From an uncultured Candidatus Binatia bacterium (GTDB lineage: Bacteria; Desulfobacterota; Binatia; UBA9968; CAXXLF01), in NCBI GenBank assembly GCA_965218425.1, contig OZ244621.1, positions 2,784,001-2,848,000 of the forward strand: a DNA stretch of 64,000 nucleotides, given 5' to 3'. Position numbers and translations under genes: made by a program. Below the pieces are notes generated by a model that did not search any database, was not told the origin of the DNA, and saw only the letters and a program-made list of their open reading frames with translations. Below, piece after piece: positions 48,269 through 58,918 of the stretch (its first letter is position 1; every line of letters starts with the position of its first letter).

Positions 48269-49405
48269 CTACGCGGCCTTGATAGGGTCCGTCCGATAGA
48301 TGACAGGTGGCATTGCGTTCTTAACACCGGTTATCTTCAACGCAGCCTCGAAGTCCTTCCGAATCTGCGGATCCTCATCCTCATGCTCGATGAGGGTACC
48401 GCCCTCCCGAAGGCTAGTCACCACGCCTTCCCGGCCGCTGGTGGCGTCATGTAGTAGGGTCGGGTTCTTGCGGCTGCCGAGGCGAAGAGCCACGTGCCGG
48501 GCCGCGTCGATTCCCGTGTTGAGGTGCATGTGAAACCATCCGTCCGGGGGGCTGTATACGCTGCCAGGTTTCCAGTTAAATTTTACGACCCGGTCTCCGT
48601 ATCCCGATTCGAAGGGATGGATGCCAAGCTCCTTGGGCCACATGAGCATGTACCCTGAAGATTGAAGCACCAGCAGGACGGCCCCCGCTGCATGGTAGTG
48701 GGCCTTGTGATAGATCCCTGTGGGCCAGTCGGAAATATGACCGATGAGGCAGTTGTCGGACATCTCAAAGCAGGTGAGACCTCCCTTTGCCTGTTTATAT
48801 GGCGCCTCTTCAACCTTGGCGCTTCTCGCATCGGCGATGAAATTGGTTTCCCAAATCTGGGTTTTATGGGCTTTCCAATAATTATCCTGGGACTTGAAGT
48901 AGTTTTCTTCTCCGCGGTAACGGGTTTGGAACTTGAAATCGTTATTGAAAACGAATTCAGGATCGCGGAAGAGGTCAAGTATCAATGGTGCCGTGGTCAC
49001 CGCGAGGACAATAGCCGGCTCCGCGGCGCCATTGACCAACCGGTGCCACGTGTTGAGCGGTGGCGCAAAGATGCTACCTTCCGACCACTCGAAAGATTGT
49101 TTCTTTTGTCCATCGTGCCAAACCTCGGTAGCCCCACGGCCTTTGAGTACGTAGAGCAACTTGTCGTAGAGGTGACGTTCCGGATTAAGGGCTCCGCCGG
49201 AAGGGACCTCCGCCACGTACATGCCGGTGACTCCGCCCCCGCCTTCTAATTGGATGTAAGAACCGGTTCCTCCGAGGCGCTTCCAGGGCTTGCGGGGAAG
49301 TTCGGTTACATCCTCGATCCCGTACCCTTCAGCTACCGGAATTCCTTCCTCTTGCATCCATCTTTGATACCCGGTCTTGGCGGGTATATATGAAACAGTG
49401 TCCAT
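48269..49405 (-). CDS. Bicupin protein (gentisate dioxygenase-like)
   Basis: ERHLYDK...PLNTWH; YHKAHYH...WFHMH; AGGAGG RBS. Confidence 0.85.
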   Translation of the reverse strand: MDTVSYIPAKTGYQRWMQEEGIPVAEGYGIEDVTELPRKPWKRLGGTGSYIQLEGGGGVTGMYVAEVPSGGALNPERHLYDKLLYVLKGRGATEVWHDGQKKQSFEWSEGSIFAPPLNTWHRLVNGAAEPAIVLAVTTAPLILDLFRDPEFVFNNDFKFQTRYRGEENYFKSQDNYWKAHKTQIWETNFIADARSAKVEEAPYKQAKGGLTCFEMSDNCLIGHISDWPTGIYHKAHYHAAGAVLLVLQSSGYMLMWPKELGIHPFESGYGDRVVKFNWKPGSVYSPPDGWFHMHLNTGIDAARHVALRLGSRKNPTLLHDATSGREGVVTSLREGGTLIEHEDEDPQIRKDFEAALKITGVKNAMPPVIYRTDPIKAA

Positions 49406-49444
49406 TACTAACCTCCTGTGGATTCTTTGATTCGTTGTCCTGTA

Positions 49445-49473
49445 CATATATTCTTGCCGGTCTGTTTTGTCAA
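49445..49473 (-). promoter_or_regulatory. Putative sigma-70 promoter
   Basis: TTGACA-17-TATATG. Confidence 0.6.
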
Positions 49474-49555
49474 ACAACAGCGCTATGAGACACCTCGTTC
49501 ATTATCATTTTAAAATAATGAACATTTTGTGGTTGCCCGCAATTTATCCGTTGCC

Positions 49556-50686
49556 TCAACCCTTAATTCCTAAAGAGTAGAAACTCATGGAGTTGGCGCC
49601 CAGGATTTTTGCCTTCGACTCTTGGGATAATCCCTTTACTTCGTTCATCAAATGTATCGTATCGGGCCATTTCGAGTCTCCGTGGGGATAGTCCGAACTG
49701 TACAGCAAGCAATCGTCTCCCAATTCCTCTATCACGTGCGGGATATGGTATTCTCCAGGCTCGCAGCCAAAGAAAAGACGCCCCTCCCGTACGTATCGTG
49801 AGGCTGGTATGCCGGACCCCTTATAGCGGGACTCGATGTGTTCATCTATTCGTTTCACCCAATAGGGCGCCCATCCACAACCTGACTCTAGAAAGGCAAA
49901 CCGTATATTAGGATAGCGCTCCATCATCTGTCCGTCGAAGAGGCTGCTCATAGCAACCATATACGCCACCGGCATGGCTACCAGATGGGTTCCAAAGTTA
50001 CTTGTAAAGAGGTTTTCCCAGGGCATGGAATAGACCCCGGTAACCGCGTGAAGTCCGACGGCAGTGGAAAGACGGTTGGCCTCTTCAAAAAAAGGTTCAA
50101 AGTCGCGGTGGTTGAGAAGCCTTTCACCTACCAAGGCTGGGATTACGACGCCAATACAACCAAGTTGAGTCACGCAACGGTTCATCTCTCGGGCCGCCTC
50201 ATTTGGGTCCTGCAACGCCACTACGGCGATCCGCTTAAGGCGATCATTCTGCGCTGTACACTTCGCTGCAATATAGTCGTTGTAAGACCGTGCCATGGCA
50301 CAGGCCAACTCTGAATCCTCAATTCCGGGATCGACCATAATCAAATCTGGATACAACACCTGAATTTGGATGCCTTCTTTATCCATATCTTCCAAACGGC
50401 CGTGAACGTTATCCATACAGTGGTCCTTCGGCGCGTCATTTAGCGTTGCCGCCCGACTAGCGTCGGGTTTCTGAGCGGAAGGATCTTCCATCCAGGACAT
50501 AAATCCCCTTGGAGTTCCTGGCCCACGACCTGCGGGCTTCGGTACCAGACGGCCCTCCACGACCCAGAAGTAATGGCCATCGACAGGGACCAGCTTGGGA
50601 CGTCGCTCCTGCAATCCGGCTGGCAGTCCCTCAGCAAACATCTCCTCAGGAATAGCAACATGGGCATCCGCATCGATTATAAGCAT
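49556..50686 (-). CDS. Amidohydrolase_2 family protein
   Basis: IIDADAH, DMDKEGI..QVLYP, FLESGCGW, SSDYPH. Confidence 0.9.
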   Translation of the reverse strand: MLIIDADAHVAIPEEMFAEGLPAGLQERRPKLVPVDGHYFWVVEGRLVPKPAGRGPGTPRGFMSWMEDPSAQKPDASRAATLNDAPKDHCMDNVHGRLEDMDKEGIQIQVLYPDLIMVDPGIEDSELACAMARSYNDYIAAKCTAQNDRLKRIAVVALQDPNEAAREMNRCVTQLGCIGVVIPALVGERLLNHRDFEPFFEEANRLSTAVGLHAVTGVYSMPWENLFTSNFGTHLVAMPVAYMVAMSSLFDGQMMERYPNIRFAFLESGCGWAPYWVKRIDEHIESRYKGSGIPASRYVREGRLFFGCEPGEYHIPHVIEELGDDCLLYSSDYPHGDSKWPDTIHLMNEVKGLSQESKAKILGANSMSFYSLGIKG

Positions 50687-50954
50687 CTGTCTTCCCTCCT
50701 TATTCACTTTGCTATGGGATTGTTGGAAAATTGAGGTGGTCCGATTTGAGGTCGCAATCGAATACAAGCAGCCGCTCCCCTGTTTTTCTTAGTAAGCGCA
50801 TGAGCGTAGCGAGAGAGTTGCATTTATATCCCGATGGGTTTTCTAAACTCCAGCAATGCTTCCTGTTTTGCTGCGTTCACTGCTCAGAATCTCTTGGATA
50901 TCTCTTTTCCCCCTGCATCGCAACTGAATTTCGGACTTCCGCCAATACCTGTGA

Positions 50955-50983
50955 TTGACAGGTTCTCTAACTCATGCTATTCG
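50955..50983 (+). promoter_or_regulatory. Putative sigma-70 promoter (Rieske/ABC operon)
   Basis: TTGACA-17-TATTCG with TGn extension. Confidence 0.6.
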
Positions 50984-51068
50984 ACCGACAGTACAATCTT
51001 CGCCTTTGGTGCGTCGGCATAGACATTCCCTAAAGGAAGGCTTGCTATTATTCCGGGAGGGACAGGTC

Positions 51069-52352
51069 ATGTTTAGTGCTGAAGAAAATGAGATGTTAAC
51101 CAGGGTCGGGCCCGGCACCCCCATGGGCGAGCTTGTACGGCGCTTCTGGATTCCTTTCCTTTTGTCGGAAGAGCTCCCTGCTCCCGACTGCCCGCCGTTA
51201 CGAGTCCGGTTGATGGGAGAAGACCTCGTGGCTTTTCGGGCCACGGATGGGCGGGTTGGACTCATCGATGCCTACTGCGCCCACCGGCGAGCTCCCCTGT
51301 TTTTCGGGCGCAACGAGGAAGGTGGTTTGCGGTGCGTGTACCATGGGTGGAAGTATGACGTGGGTGGCCGCTGCATTGACATGCCCTCAGAGCCCCCAAC
51401 GAGCAACTTCAAGGATAAAGTCGGTCTAACGGCATACCCTGTTCGGGAGCGCGCAGGAGCACTTTGGGCGTATATGGGTCCTGTGCAGAATACGCCCGGG
51501 ATGCCCGCATTGGAGTGGATAGATCTTCCTCAAAGCCATCGATACGTTACCAAACGCCATCAACGGACAAATTTCGTGCAAGCCGTTGAGGGTGGTCTTG
51601 ACTCCATTCACCTCGCATTTCTTCACAGTCGGACCGCACCGTTAGGGACATCTGGAGATACCAATGGTCGTACGGGAGTCGACATGAAAGAGAGGTGGAA
51701 GGTCGGAAATGGACCGGTTTATCGCGTTTACGACACGGACTCCGGCGTAATGCTAGTGACTCGAAGGGAACCCGACGAGAAGACATACCACTGGCATGCC
51801 ATCTATTGGCTCATGCCGTTCTATAATACCTGGCCTGCCGGTGGTGGAGAGGGGGGCTCCAATGCCAGCGGTCGAGGCCTGATGTGGACGCCCATCGACG
51901 ACGAGCATACGTGGGTGTTTTCTGTCACTTGGGACCCCGATCGGGTCTTAGACGATGAAGACTACTCCGAGGCGGAGGCCTTCAGCGGGGAGACCATCCC
52001 TGGTACCTACATACCCCGGCTCAACAAAGACAACGATTACCTCATCGATAGGGGGTTGCAGCAGAGGGAATCCTTTACGGGGATCAATGGATTCCAAGCT
52101 CAGGACTTCGCTGTCCAGGAGGGGATGGGGCCGATCGTGGATCGAACGAAGGAGCACCTGGGGACGAGTGATGTTGCAATCATCCAAATACGGCGGCGGT
52201 TGCTCAGGGCGGCTAACGAACTTCGAGAGGGAATCGAGCCGTTTCCGGCTCGACATGGAGATGTTTATAGGGTGCGGGCCAAGGGGTTAACGCTGCCTCG
52301 AGGCGCTGAACTGGATGACCACGCTATAAGCGCTCTCTCGGGGCGCGTCTAG
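51069..52352 (+). CDS. Rieske oxygenase alpha subunit (phthalate 4,5-dioxygenase-like), paralog 1
   Basis: GPGTPMG, CAH...CVYHGW, EGGLDSIHLAFLH, QDFAVQEGMG. Confidence 0.92.
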   Translation: MFSAEENEMLTRVGPGTPMGELVRRFWIPFLLSEELPAPDCPPLRVRLMGEDLVAFRATDGRVGLIDAYCAHRRAPLFFGRNEEGGLRCVYHGWKYDVGGRCIDMPSEPPTSNFKDKVGLTAYPVRERAGALWAYMGPVQNTPGMPALEWIDLPQSHRYVTKRHQRTNFVQAVEGGLDSIHLAFLHSRTAPLGTSGDTNGRTGVDMKERWKVGNGPVYRVYDTDSGVMLVTRREPDEKTYHWHAIYWLMPFYNTWPAGGGEGGSNASGRGLMWTPIDDEHTWVFSVTWDPDRVLDDEDYSEAEAFSGETIPGTYIPRLNKDNDYLIDRGLQQRESFTGINGFQAQDFAVQEGMGPIVDRTKEHLGTSDVAIIQIRRRLLRAANELREGIEPFPARHGDVYRVRAKGLTLPRGAELDDHAISALSGRV

Positions 52353-52391
52353 GCCGAAGGCTGGTTTGAGGGACAAAAGAAAAGGAGGTAC

Positions 52392-53612
52392 ATGAAAATG
52401 AGATTCTTATCACTGGGGAGAGAGCCGATAAAAATGGGGTTGATCGCGCTTAGCGGCTTTTTGTTGATGGCGACATGGGCATCCATGGGAGAAGATCCGA
52501 CATCCACTCCAGCTGTTCTTGCGGCGGCGTCTTCCCCGGGGGTCTCGCAAGGGTCGGAAGGCCAACGCCTATTAAAGGAGCTGGTCGAAGCGGCTAGAAA
52601 AGAAGGCAAACTTGACTGGTTCGGAGTATCGAGCTTGCGTAAGTCAGGGGCCCGCAAAATGGCAGAAGCCTTTAATCGCCGTTTTGGGCTTAATATTAAA
52701 GTCAACGCCAATGTGTCTGGGGGAACCGTGCCAGCATTTTCGAAGGCAGTGTTAGAGACAAGGGCGCGTGTTCGCCCGACGTACGACGTGATGCAGGGCG
52801 TGGACCACCACGCGTTGGAAATGGCGGATGTGGGAGGCTCGCGTTACATTGACAAATGGGAGATTATCCTCCGCGAGATTTCGCCCGAAGCGTATCGGGT
52901 TCGTCATAAGATTAGCCCCGCAGACGTGGCCGGGCAGTCATTTCAGTATGGCAATCGGTTAAAGGCGGTGTTGTACAATACGGAAAAGATCTCCAGGGAA
53001 GATTTGCCTAAGACCTGGGCAGAAATGGGCGATCCCAAATATCGAGGAAAGTATAGCGTGCCCCCGTGGGTTGCGGATTCCCTCTATGGTATCCTCAAGT
53101 ACCCGAAGGATGGTTGGTACGAGACCGTAAAGCGAAACAGCGCCTGGGGTGTGCCCGTTCTCAAATACCGGGGCGCGCTTAAGCGCATGTTGTTGGGCGA
53201 GTTCGCTTTCTTCCACGCCAATGCGTATATGTACTTTCAGACAAAGGCAAAGGACCCGAAAGCGCCGATTGGCCTCTCGTTTTTCAGGGACTTCGAACCC
53301 CTTTCGTACACGTTCATGGTGGTGCGAAAAGGGGCAAAGCATCCCAATGCGGCAGCCCTGTTTGCCCTGTGGTCCGCTACACCGGAAGCGAACCGTATAT
53401 ACTCCGATAGGATTTTCTTGCCGAACTACACTCTGGGAACGGATCCCATCGCTAAGCAGGTCATGAAAGTCGTAAGGAAGCAAGGTGTAGAGCTTGTATC
53501 TTGGTGGGAAAGTCCAGAGACTGTCAAGAAGTTTCGATGGTACAATACGGACGAGGGAAAGGCATACTCACAAAGGCTTGCCAAGGCTTTGACCGGCAGG
53601 GCCGGCAAATGA
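52392..53612 (+). CDS. ABC transporter solute-binding protein
   Basis: Hydrophobic N-region; ARKEGKL, YNT..ISREDLPKTW, AKHPNAAALF. Confidence 0.85.
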   Translation: MKMRFLSLGREPIKMGLIALSGFLLMATWASMGEDPTSTPAVLAAASSPGVSQGSEGQRLLKELVEAARKEGKLDWFGVSSLRKSGARKMAEAFNRRFGLNIKVNANVSGGTVPAFSKAVLETRARVRPTYDVMQGVDHHALEMADVGGSRYIDKWEIILREISPEAYRVRHKISPADVAGQSFQYGNRLKAVLYNTEKISREDLPKTWAEMGDPKYRGKYSVPPWVADSLYGILKYPKDGWYETVKRNSAWGVPVLKYRGALKRMLLGEFAFFHANAYMYFQTKAKDPKAPIGLSFFRDFEPLSYTFMVVRKGAKHPNAAALFALWSATPEANRIYSDRIFLPNYTLGTDPIAKQVMKVVRKQGVELVSWWESPETVKKFRWYNTDEGKAYSQRLAKALTGRAGK

Positions 53613-53738
53613 TCCAATAGCCTGCTCACTTCGCCTAAGCGTGTTCGAGCATGAGTTTGGGTAGTTTGTCAGTGTCGAATTCTAGCACCGCCTTGTGACC
53701 CGTACCGTTGAATACTTGGCGAGAAAGAATCCTGCGCG

Positions 53739-55520
53739 ATGGAATTGAGTGCGGCTAGGTCGTGGGTCACTTGGAGCCGCAGTGCCCGTACTGCGTGCGG
53801 CTCCTCGATTGCAGGCAACCTGCTACCTCTAATGGTGGCATGGTTTGCCTGCGGTGCCGTGGTACTGGTGACGTTGTTTGTTGTGTGGATGACGTTTCTT
53901 CCCGGTCTTCCAACCGAGCTCGGGTTTACTCTAAGGAACTATTCCGATGTCTTCACCCCCCTGTTGTTTAGGGTGATCCCGAATACGGCTATCGTCGGAT
54001 TCGGCACAGTCGCCGTTTCGTTGTTTTTCGGTGTATCACTAGCCCTGTTATTACACCGGACGAACGTACCTCTCCGTCAATTTTGGATCACGATTATCCC
54101 ACTCACGGTTATTGTGCCCGGGTTTCTGACGGCCATGGGCTGGCTCATGCTGTTGAGCCCTAAGATTGGGCTTATCAACAAATTCCTCATGCTTGTGTTC
54201 GACCTGCAAAATGCGCCTTTCGACATAGAAAACCCCTGGGGGGTCGCCTTCGTCCAGGGCCTAATGCTGACTCCCGTGATCCTGATCTTGCTCACCGGCC
54301 CCGTGCGTTCCCTCGATCCCGCGTTGGAGGAGGCCGCGCAAGTGGCGGGTGTCAACAGGCGCCATACAATCTGGGGTATCACTCTGCCCATGCTGTGGCC
54401 GGCCATTCTGGGTGGGGCGATCTACACGTTTATGACTGCCATAGCCATTTTTGAGGTCGCTTATCTAATAGGCGGCATCGGAAAGAGCCCTGTCCTTGCG
54501 ACGGAATTGTTTCTGAACACGCGGCCCCTAGGAGCAACCACGAGCGTTCCAAGGTTTGGAATCGCGGGGGTTTATGGCGTGCTTATCATCGTTCCTAGCC
54601 TGATAGCCCTCGCTTTCTATTTCCGTGTGATCGAGAAGGGTTATCGCTATGTCGTGGTTACGGGGAAGGGCTATGTACCGAAAACGATCAACCTCGGGAA
54701 GGCTCGTTATTTCGCCCTGCTCTTCGTGCTGCTGTACTTCTCCCTGGCTGTGGCCATGCCCCTACTGATGCTCCTGTGGGCCTCTTTGCTGCCCTATCTC
54801 GTGATGCCTTCGGTGAAGGCTTTGTCATTGGTGAGCCTAAGGTGGTACGGCGAGTTGATGGATATTATTGGAGGTTTCGAGGTCATCTGGAACACGTTTG
54901 TCTTGATGATATCCGTCCCTCTTATCGTTATGTTCTTTAGCTTTATGATTTCTTGGATCGTCGTTAGGACTCAAATGAGGGGTAGGCGTGTTTTGGACAT
55001 GGTGGCGATGCTTCCTCATGCTATTCCGGGCCTCGCGTTTGCTTTCGCCCTGTTTATGTTGGCGATTGTTGCCGCGCGGTGGGTAGAGTGGTTTCCCTTT
55101 TACCAGACTATAGGGATCGTTGTGTTGGCCAACGCCTTGAACCGGCTTTCCTATGCCACCCGTATTACGAATGCAGCATTGCTTCAAGTTGGCCGGGAAC
55201 TGGAGGAGGCGGCCGAGGTGAGCGGCGTGCGGAGACTAGGAATCATGTGGTGGGTGTTGGCGCCACTGATCAGGCCATCACTTTTATTTGGGGCAATGTG
55301 GACAGGACTCTTGGCCATTCGTGAGATTACGATGGCGCTCATGTTGAGCGGGCCCGAGAATCAAGTGATTTCCGTGCAGATTTGGTCTAGATGGGACGCG
55401 GGAGACCTTAGTGAGGCCGCAGCGCTCGGCGTGGTGATGGTCTTTGTACTAGGGGCGCTCGTTTTTATTATTCAAAAGCTTACGGGTCGCCATGTAGGCG
55501 GAGAAACTCGGCTGACGTAG
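53739..55520 (+). CDS. ABC transporter permease (FbpB-like)
   Basis: LEEAAQVAG and LEEAAEVSG EAA loops. Confidence 0.9.
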   Translation: MELSAARSWVTWSRSARTACGSSIAGNLLPLMVAWFACGAVVLVTLFVVWMTFLPGLPTELGFTLRNYSDVFTPLLFRVIPNTAIVGFGTVAVSLFFGVSLALLLHRTNVPLRQFWITIIPLTVIVPGFLTAMGWLMLLSPKIGLINKFLMLVFDLQNAPFDIENPWGVAFVQGLMLTPVILILLTGPVRSLDPALEEAAQVAGVNRRHTIWGITLPMLWPAILGGAIYTFMTAIAIFEVAYLIGGIGKSPVLATELFLNTRPLGATTSVPRFGIAGVYGVLIIVPSLIALAFYFRVIEKGYRYVVVTGKGYVPKTINLGKARYFALLFVLLYFSLAVAMPLLMLLWASLLPYLVMPSVKALSLVSLRWYGELMDIIGGFEVIWNTFVLMISVPLIVMFFSFMISWIVVRTQMRGRRVLDMVAMLPHAIPGLAFAFALFMLAIVAARWVEWFPFYQTIGIVVLANALNRLSYATRITNAALLQVGRELEEAAEVSGVRRLGIMWWVLAPLIRPSLLFGAMWTGLLAIREITMALMLSGPENQVISVQIWSRWDAGDLSEAAALGVVMVFVLGALVFIIQKLTGRHVGGETRLT

Positions 55521-55542
55521 TTTGATAGGTCAGCGCGGCACT

Positions 55543-56667
55543 ATGCTAAAAGTAAAGCAGCTTACCAAGAGTTACATCACCGATCGGGGACGGGTGGAGG
55601 CAGTCCGTGGCGTAGATTTTGAGGTCGGAGAGGGAGAGCTGTTCACGCTGTTGGGACCTTCTGGATGCGGCAAGACGACCACGTTGCGTTGTGTTGCCGG
55701 GTTGGAAACTCCAGACTCAGGAGAGATCCGTATAGGAGAAAAGGCTATATTTGCTGACCAAGGGCGAACAGTGGTGCCTACCTACCTGCGCGGAATAGGC
55801 ATGGTTTTTCAGTCTTACGCTATTTGGCCCCACATGACGGTTTTCCAGAACGTTGCATTCCCGCTTATTCGAGGAAGCTTAAGGGTTACCAAGAGTGAGG
55901 TGAACAAACGAGTCTCAAAAGCCCTCAGTTTGGTTCAGATGGAAACGATGCTGGATCGGCCAGCGCCTTTGTTGAGTGGGGGTCAACAGCAAAGAGTGGC
56001 TTTGGCGCGGGCCTTGGTACACGAGCCGAAGGTTCTGCTGTTGGACGAGCCGTTGAGCAACTTGGACGCCAAGTTGCGTGCGGATATGAGGCTTGAACTA
56101 AAAGAGCTGATGAAGCGGATCAACATTACTACCCTGTATGTTACTCATGATCAGGTTGAAGCGCTCTCTTTGTCAGACAGGATAGCTATCATGGATCAGG
56201 GGCGCATTGTCCAGATAGGGTCACCGCGGGATATCTATCTCTCGCCTAAAAATACTTTCGCCGCCTCTTTCGTCGGCCAGAGCAACTTGTTCAAGGCCCG
56301 CGTGACCTCCCGGGACAACGGTGGAGACAGGGGGACGGTCGAGACCGGGATTGGTCCACTGATTTGCTACCTGCCACGGCAGCATCAGGAAGGCGATGTC
56401 CTCCTTGTCGCTATTCGGCCCGAAGCGATATTGGCTGACTTGCGTCGGCCCGAACGTAATGAAAACGTCTTCGAAGCCGAGGTCGAGAGCGTGACATTCA
56501 TCGGTGATGCCTTAGAGTGTGAGTTCAGGATCGGAGATGGATTGGTCCGGGTGAAGGCGGATCCGGTGCTGGAGCTGCGAGAAGGGATTCGCGCCTATTT
56601 ATACCTTCCCCCGAGTAGATGTTTGGTTCTGTCGGAGCCTGTTCCCCCCGACCAAGAACGAGACTAG
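55543..56667 (+). CDS. ABC transporter ATP-binding protein
   Basis: GPSGCGKT, LSGGQQQR, LLLDEP, TOBE tail. Confidence 0.95.
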   Translation: MLKVKQLTKSYITDRGRVEAVRGVDFEVGEGELFTLLGPSGCGKTTTLRCVAGLETPDSGEIRIGEKAIFADQGRTVVPTYLRGIGMVFQSYAIWPHMTVFQNVAFPLIRGSLRVTKSEVNKRVSKALSLVQMETMLDRPAPLLSGGQQQRVALARALVHEPKVLLLDEPLSNLDAKLRADMRLELKELMKRINITTLYVTHDQVEALSLSDRIAIMDQGRIVQIGSPRDIYLSPKNTFAASFVGQSNLFKARVTSRDNGGDRGTVETGIGPLICYLPRQHQEGDVLLVAIRPEAILADLRRPERNENVFEAEVESVTFIGDALECEFRIGDGLVRVKADPVLELREGIRAYLYLPPSRCLVLSEPVPPDQERD

Positions 56668-56680
56668 AGGAGAATGAACG

Positions 56681-57982
56681 ATGCTGACATCTGAAGAGAA
56701 CGAGATGCTCACTCACGTGGGCAGGGGAACACCCATGGGTGAGCTTCTGCGCAGATTTTGGGTCCCCTTCCTCCTCTCGAACGAACTTCCCGGCCCGGAT
56801 TGTCCCCCCGTACGTGTCCGACTCCTCGGTGAGGACTTGGTCGCCTTCCGCGACACACAAGGTAAAGTAGGACTTGTCGATGCCTACTGCGCTCACCGGC
56901 GAGCTCCCCTGTTTTTCGGGCGCAACGAGGATGGGGGCTTGCGGTGCGTATATCATGGTTGGAAGTATGATAGGCAGGGCAACTGTGTAGACATGCCGTC
57001 GGAGCCGCCGGAAAGCGGTTTCAAGAGCAAGATCAAGATAACTTCGTACCTGGTTCATGAACAGAAAGGCGTAGTGTGGGCGTATCTCGGGCCGCCTGAG
57101 CGACTTCCCAAGATGCCTGCTTTAGAGTGGCTCGACCTTCAGGAGGGTCATCAGTTCGTTACCAAGCGTCATGAGCGGGCCAACTTTGTACAGGCCGTTG
57201 AAGGAGGCATCGACACCGTCCATGTTCCGTACTTGCATAGTCGAGTGAGCTCTCATCAGAGCCGGTCGACGGCGCCGAAGAGCTTGGGGTTTGACAAGAC
57301 ACCTATCGTCGCTTATCTGTCCACGCTCAAAGCTCCGAGGTACAAGGCAAAGCAAACGCCCTATGGCGTCATGCTGGCGACTCGCAGGCCCGGAGAAGGT
57401 GAGACGGACACTTACCGACTCACGCTCTGGCTTATGCCCTTCTATAATATGTTTGCGAGCGAGAGCGCGAGGGGGGACGGTGTCGCCAATGGGCGCGGTT
57501 TAATGTGGACCCCCATCGATGACAACAATTGCTGGGCGTTTTCGGTAACATGGGATCGGGAGCAACCCCTGAATGAGGTAGACCGCACTGACGCGGAGGC
57601 TTTCAGCACTGAGGTGATACCCGGGACGTTTATCCCTATACGCAACAAGGACAACGACTATCTTATTGATAGGGAGGCGCAGAGAACCGTGTCGTTTACT
57701 GGTATCCAGGGCTTCCAGCCACAAGATCTGGCCGTACAGGAAGGTATGGGCCCGATCGTAGATCGAACGAAAGAGCACCTGGGGACCAGCGACGCGGCGA
57801 TTATTCTAATACGCCGTCATCTCCTAAAAGCCGCTATGGATCTAAGGGAAGGGATCGAGCCGTTCCAGGCCCAACACGGCGAGTTGTATCGTGTCTGGGC
57901 GAGGGAGATCGCTGTAAAAAAAGAAGAAGAACTTAACGACAAGATTATGGAGGCTTTGACAGTAGATCCGCAATGCGCCTGA
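56681..57982 (+). CDS. Rieske oxygenase alpha subunit, paralog 2
   Basis: CAH...CVYHGW, EGGIDTVHVPYLH, QDLAVQEGMG. Confidence 0.92.
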   Translation: MLTSEENEMLTHVGRGTPMGELLRRFWVPFLLSNELPGPDCPPVRVRLLGEDLVAFRDTQGKVGLVDAYCAHRRAPLFFGRNEDGGLRCVYHGWKYDRQGNCVDMPSEPPESGFKSKIKITSYLVHEQKGVVWAYLGPPERLPKMPALEWLDLQEGHQFVTKRHERANFVQAVEGGIDTVHVPYLHSRVSSHQSRSTAPKSLGFDKTPIVAYLSTLKAPRYKAKQTPYGVMLATRRPGEGETDTYRLTLWLMPFYNMFASESARGDGVANGRGLMWTPIDDNNCWAFSVTWDREQPLNEVDRTDAEAFSTEVIPGTFIPIRNKDNDYLIDREAQRTVSFTGIQGFQPQDLAVQEGMGPIVDRTKEHLGTSDAAIILIRRHLLKAAMDLREGIEPFQAQHGELYRVWAREIAVKKEEELNDKIMEALTVDPQCA

Positions 57983-58075
57983 TCGATCACCATGCCCGCT
58001 TAGCCATTCGGCGCTGACGTGAGTATCCGGCTCCTGGATCTCCGGTCGGATAGGGCAAAACGAAGCTGGCGTCGG

Positions 58076-58807
58076 CTATGGGGCGGCCTGGAGTCGGCCA
58101 TCCGTCAGACGCACAAGCTGGCCGGACAACTCCATCCCTGCTTGGGCCGCGAACACATAAAGGTCGCCGACTGACTCGGGGCCGGGAAGACGCTGACGAA
58201 CTTCTTCGGGCGCCTCCTCGGTGGCCACCGCCCCGCTTGCCCCGGTTACGACGATGCAGATATTGAACTCTCTTTCCTCCTCAGCCACATAGCGGGTGAA
58301 GGCGCGTACCGCTTGCTTTGAAGCAACGTAAGCGCAGGAGCCGAAAGGCGTCAGTTGTCCTCCGCCATACGTGTTTATGATATGGCCGGAACGCTGCTCC
58401 TCCATATAAGGCAAGATATTCTTAGTGCACAGGAAAGTGCCGCTCAGGTTTGTCTCGATTACGCAGTCCCAGAAACTTTTGTCCATGTCGCGGATTCGAG
58501 GCCATAGCGGAGTCCACGCAGGATGGGTAACGACAGCTGCGTTGTTGAGGAGCACATCGATGCGGCCGAAGCGGCTCGCGACCTTTTCCGCCATCGCTTT
58601 TACCTGGTCTTCACGTTGGACATCGACCCTTATCCCGATTGCTTCGGCTCCATCAGATTGCAACTCGCTGAGAACCTTATCCGATGGCAGTATGTCGGCA
58701 ATAACGACTCTTGCGCCTTCTCTGGCAAAAGTGTGAGCCGCGTGTCGCCCGATTCCCTTGGCGCCGCCGGTAACAATTACGACTCGGTCTCGCATCATCG
58801 TTTTCAC
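58076..58807 (-). CDS. SDR family oxidoreductase
   Basis: TGGAKGIG, NNAA, YVASK; start codon uncertain. Confidence 0.9.
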   Translation of the reverse strand: MKTMMRDRVVIVTGGAKGIGRHAAHTFAREGARVVIADILPSDKVLSELQSDGAEAIGIRVDVQREDQVKAMAEKVASRFGRIDVLLNNAAVVTHPAWTPLWPRIRDMDKSFWDCVIETNLSGTFLCTKNILPYMEEQRSGHIINTYGGGQLTPFGSCAYVASKQAVRAFTRYVAEEEREFNICIVVTGASGAVATEEAPEEVRQRLPGPESVGDLYVFAAQAGMELSGQLVRLTDGRLQAAP

Positions 58808-58847
58808 CCTTGCTCTTGCGGCAGTTTAAAATCCCTTTTTCCGGGGG

Positions 58848-58876
58848 ATTGTAATGTTCACTTCGGTTGCTGTCAA
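58848..58876 (-). promoter_or_regulatory. Putative sigma-70 promoter (SDR)
   Basis: TTGACA-17-TACAAT. Confidence 0.6.
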
Positions 58877-58918
58877 CGGCAGGCGGCTTAGTAAAACCCC
58901 GGTGTTCGGCTCAGAGCC

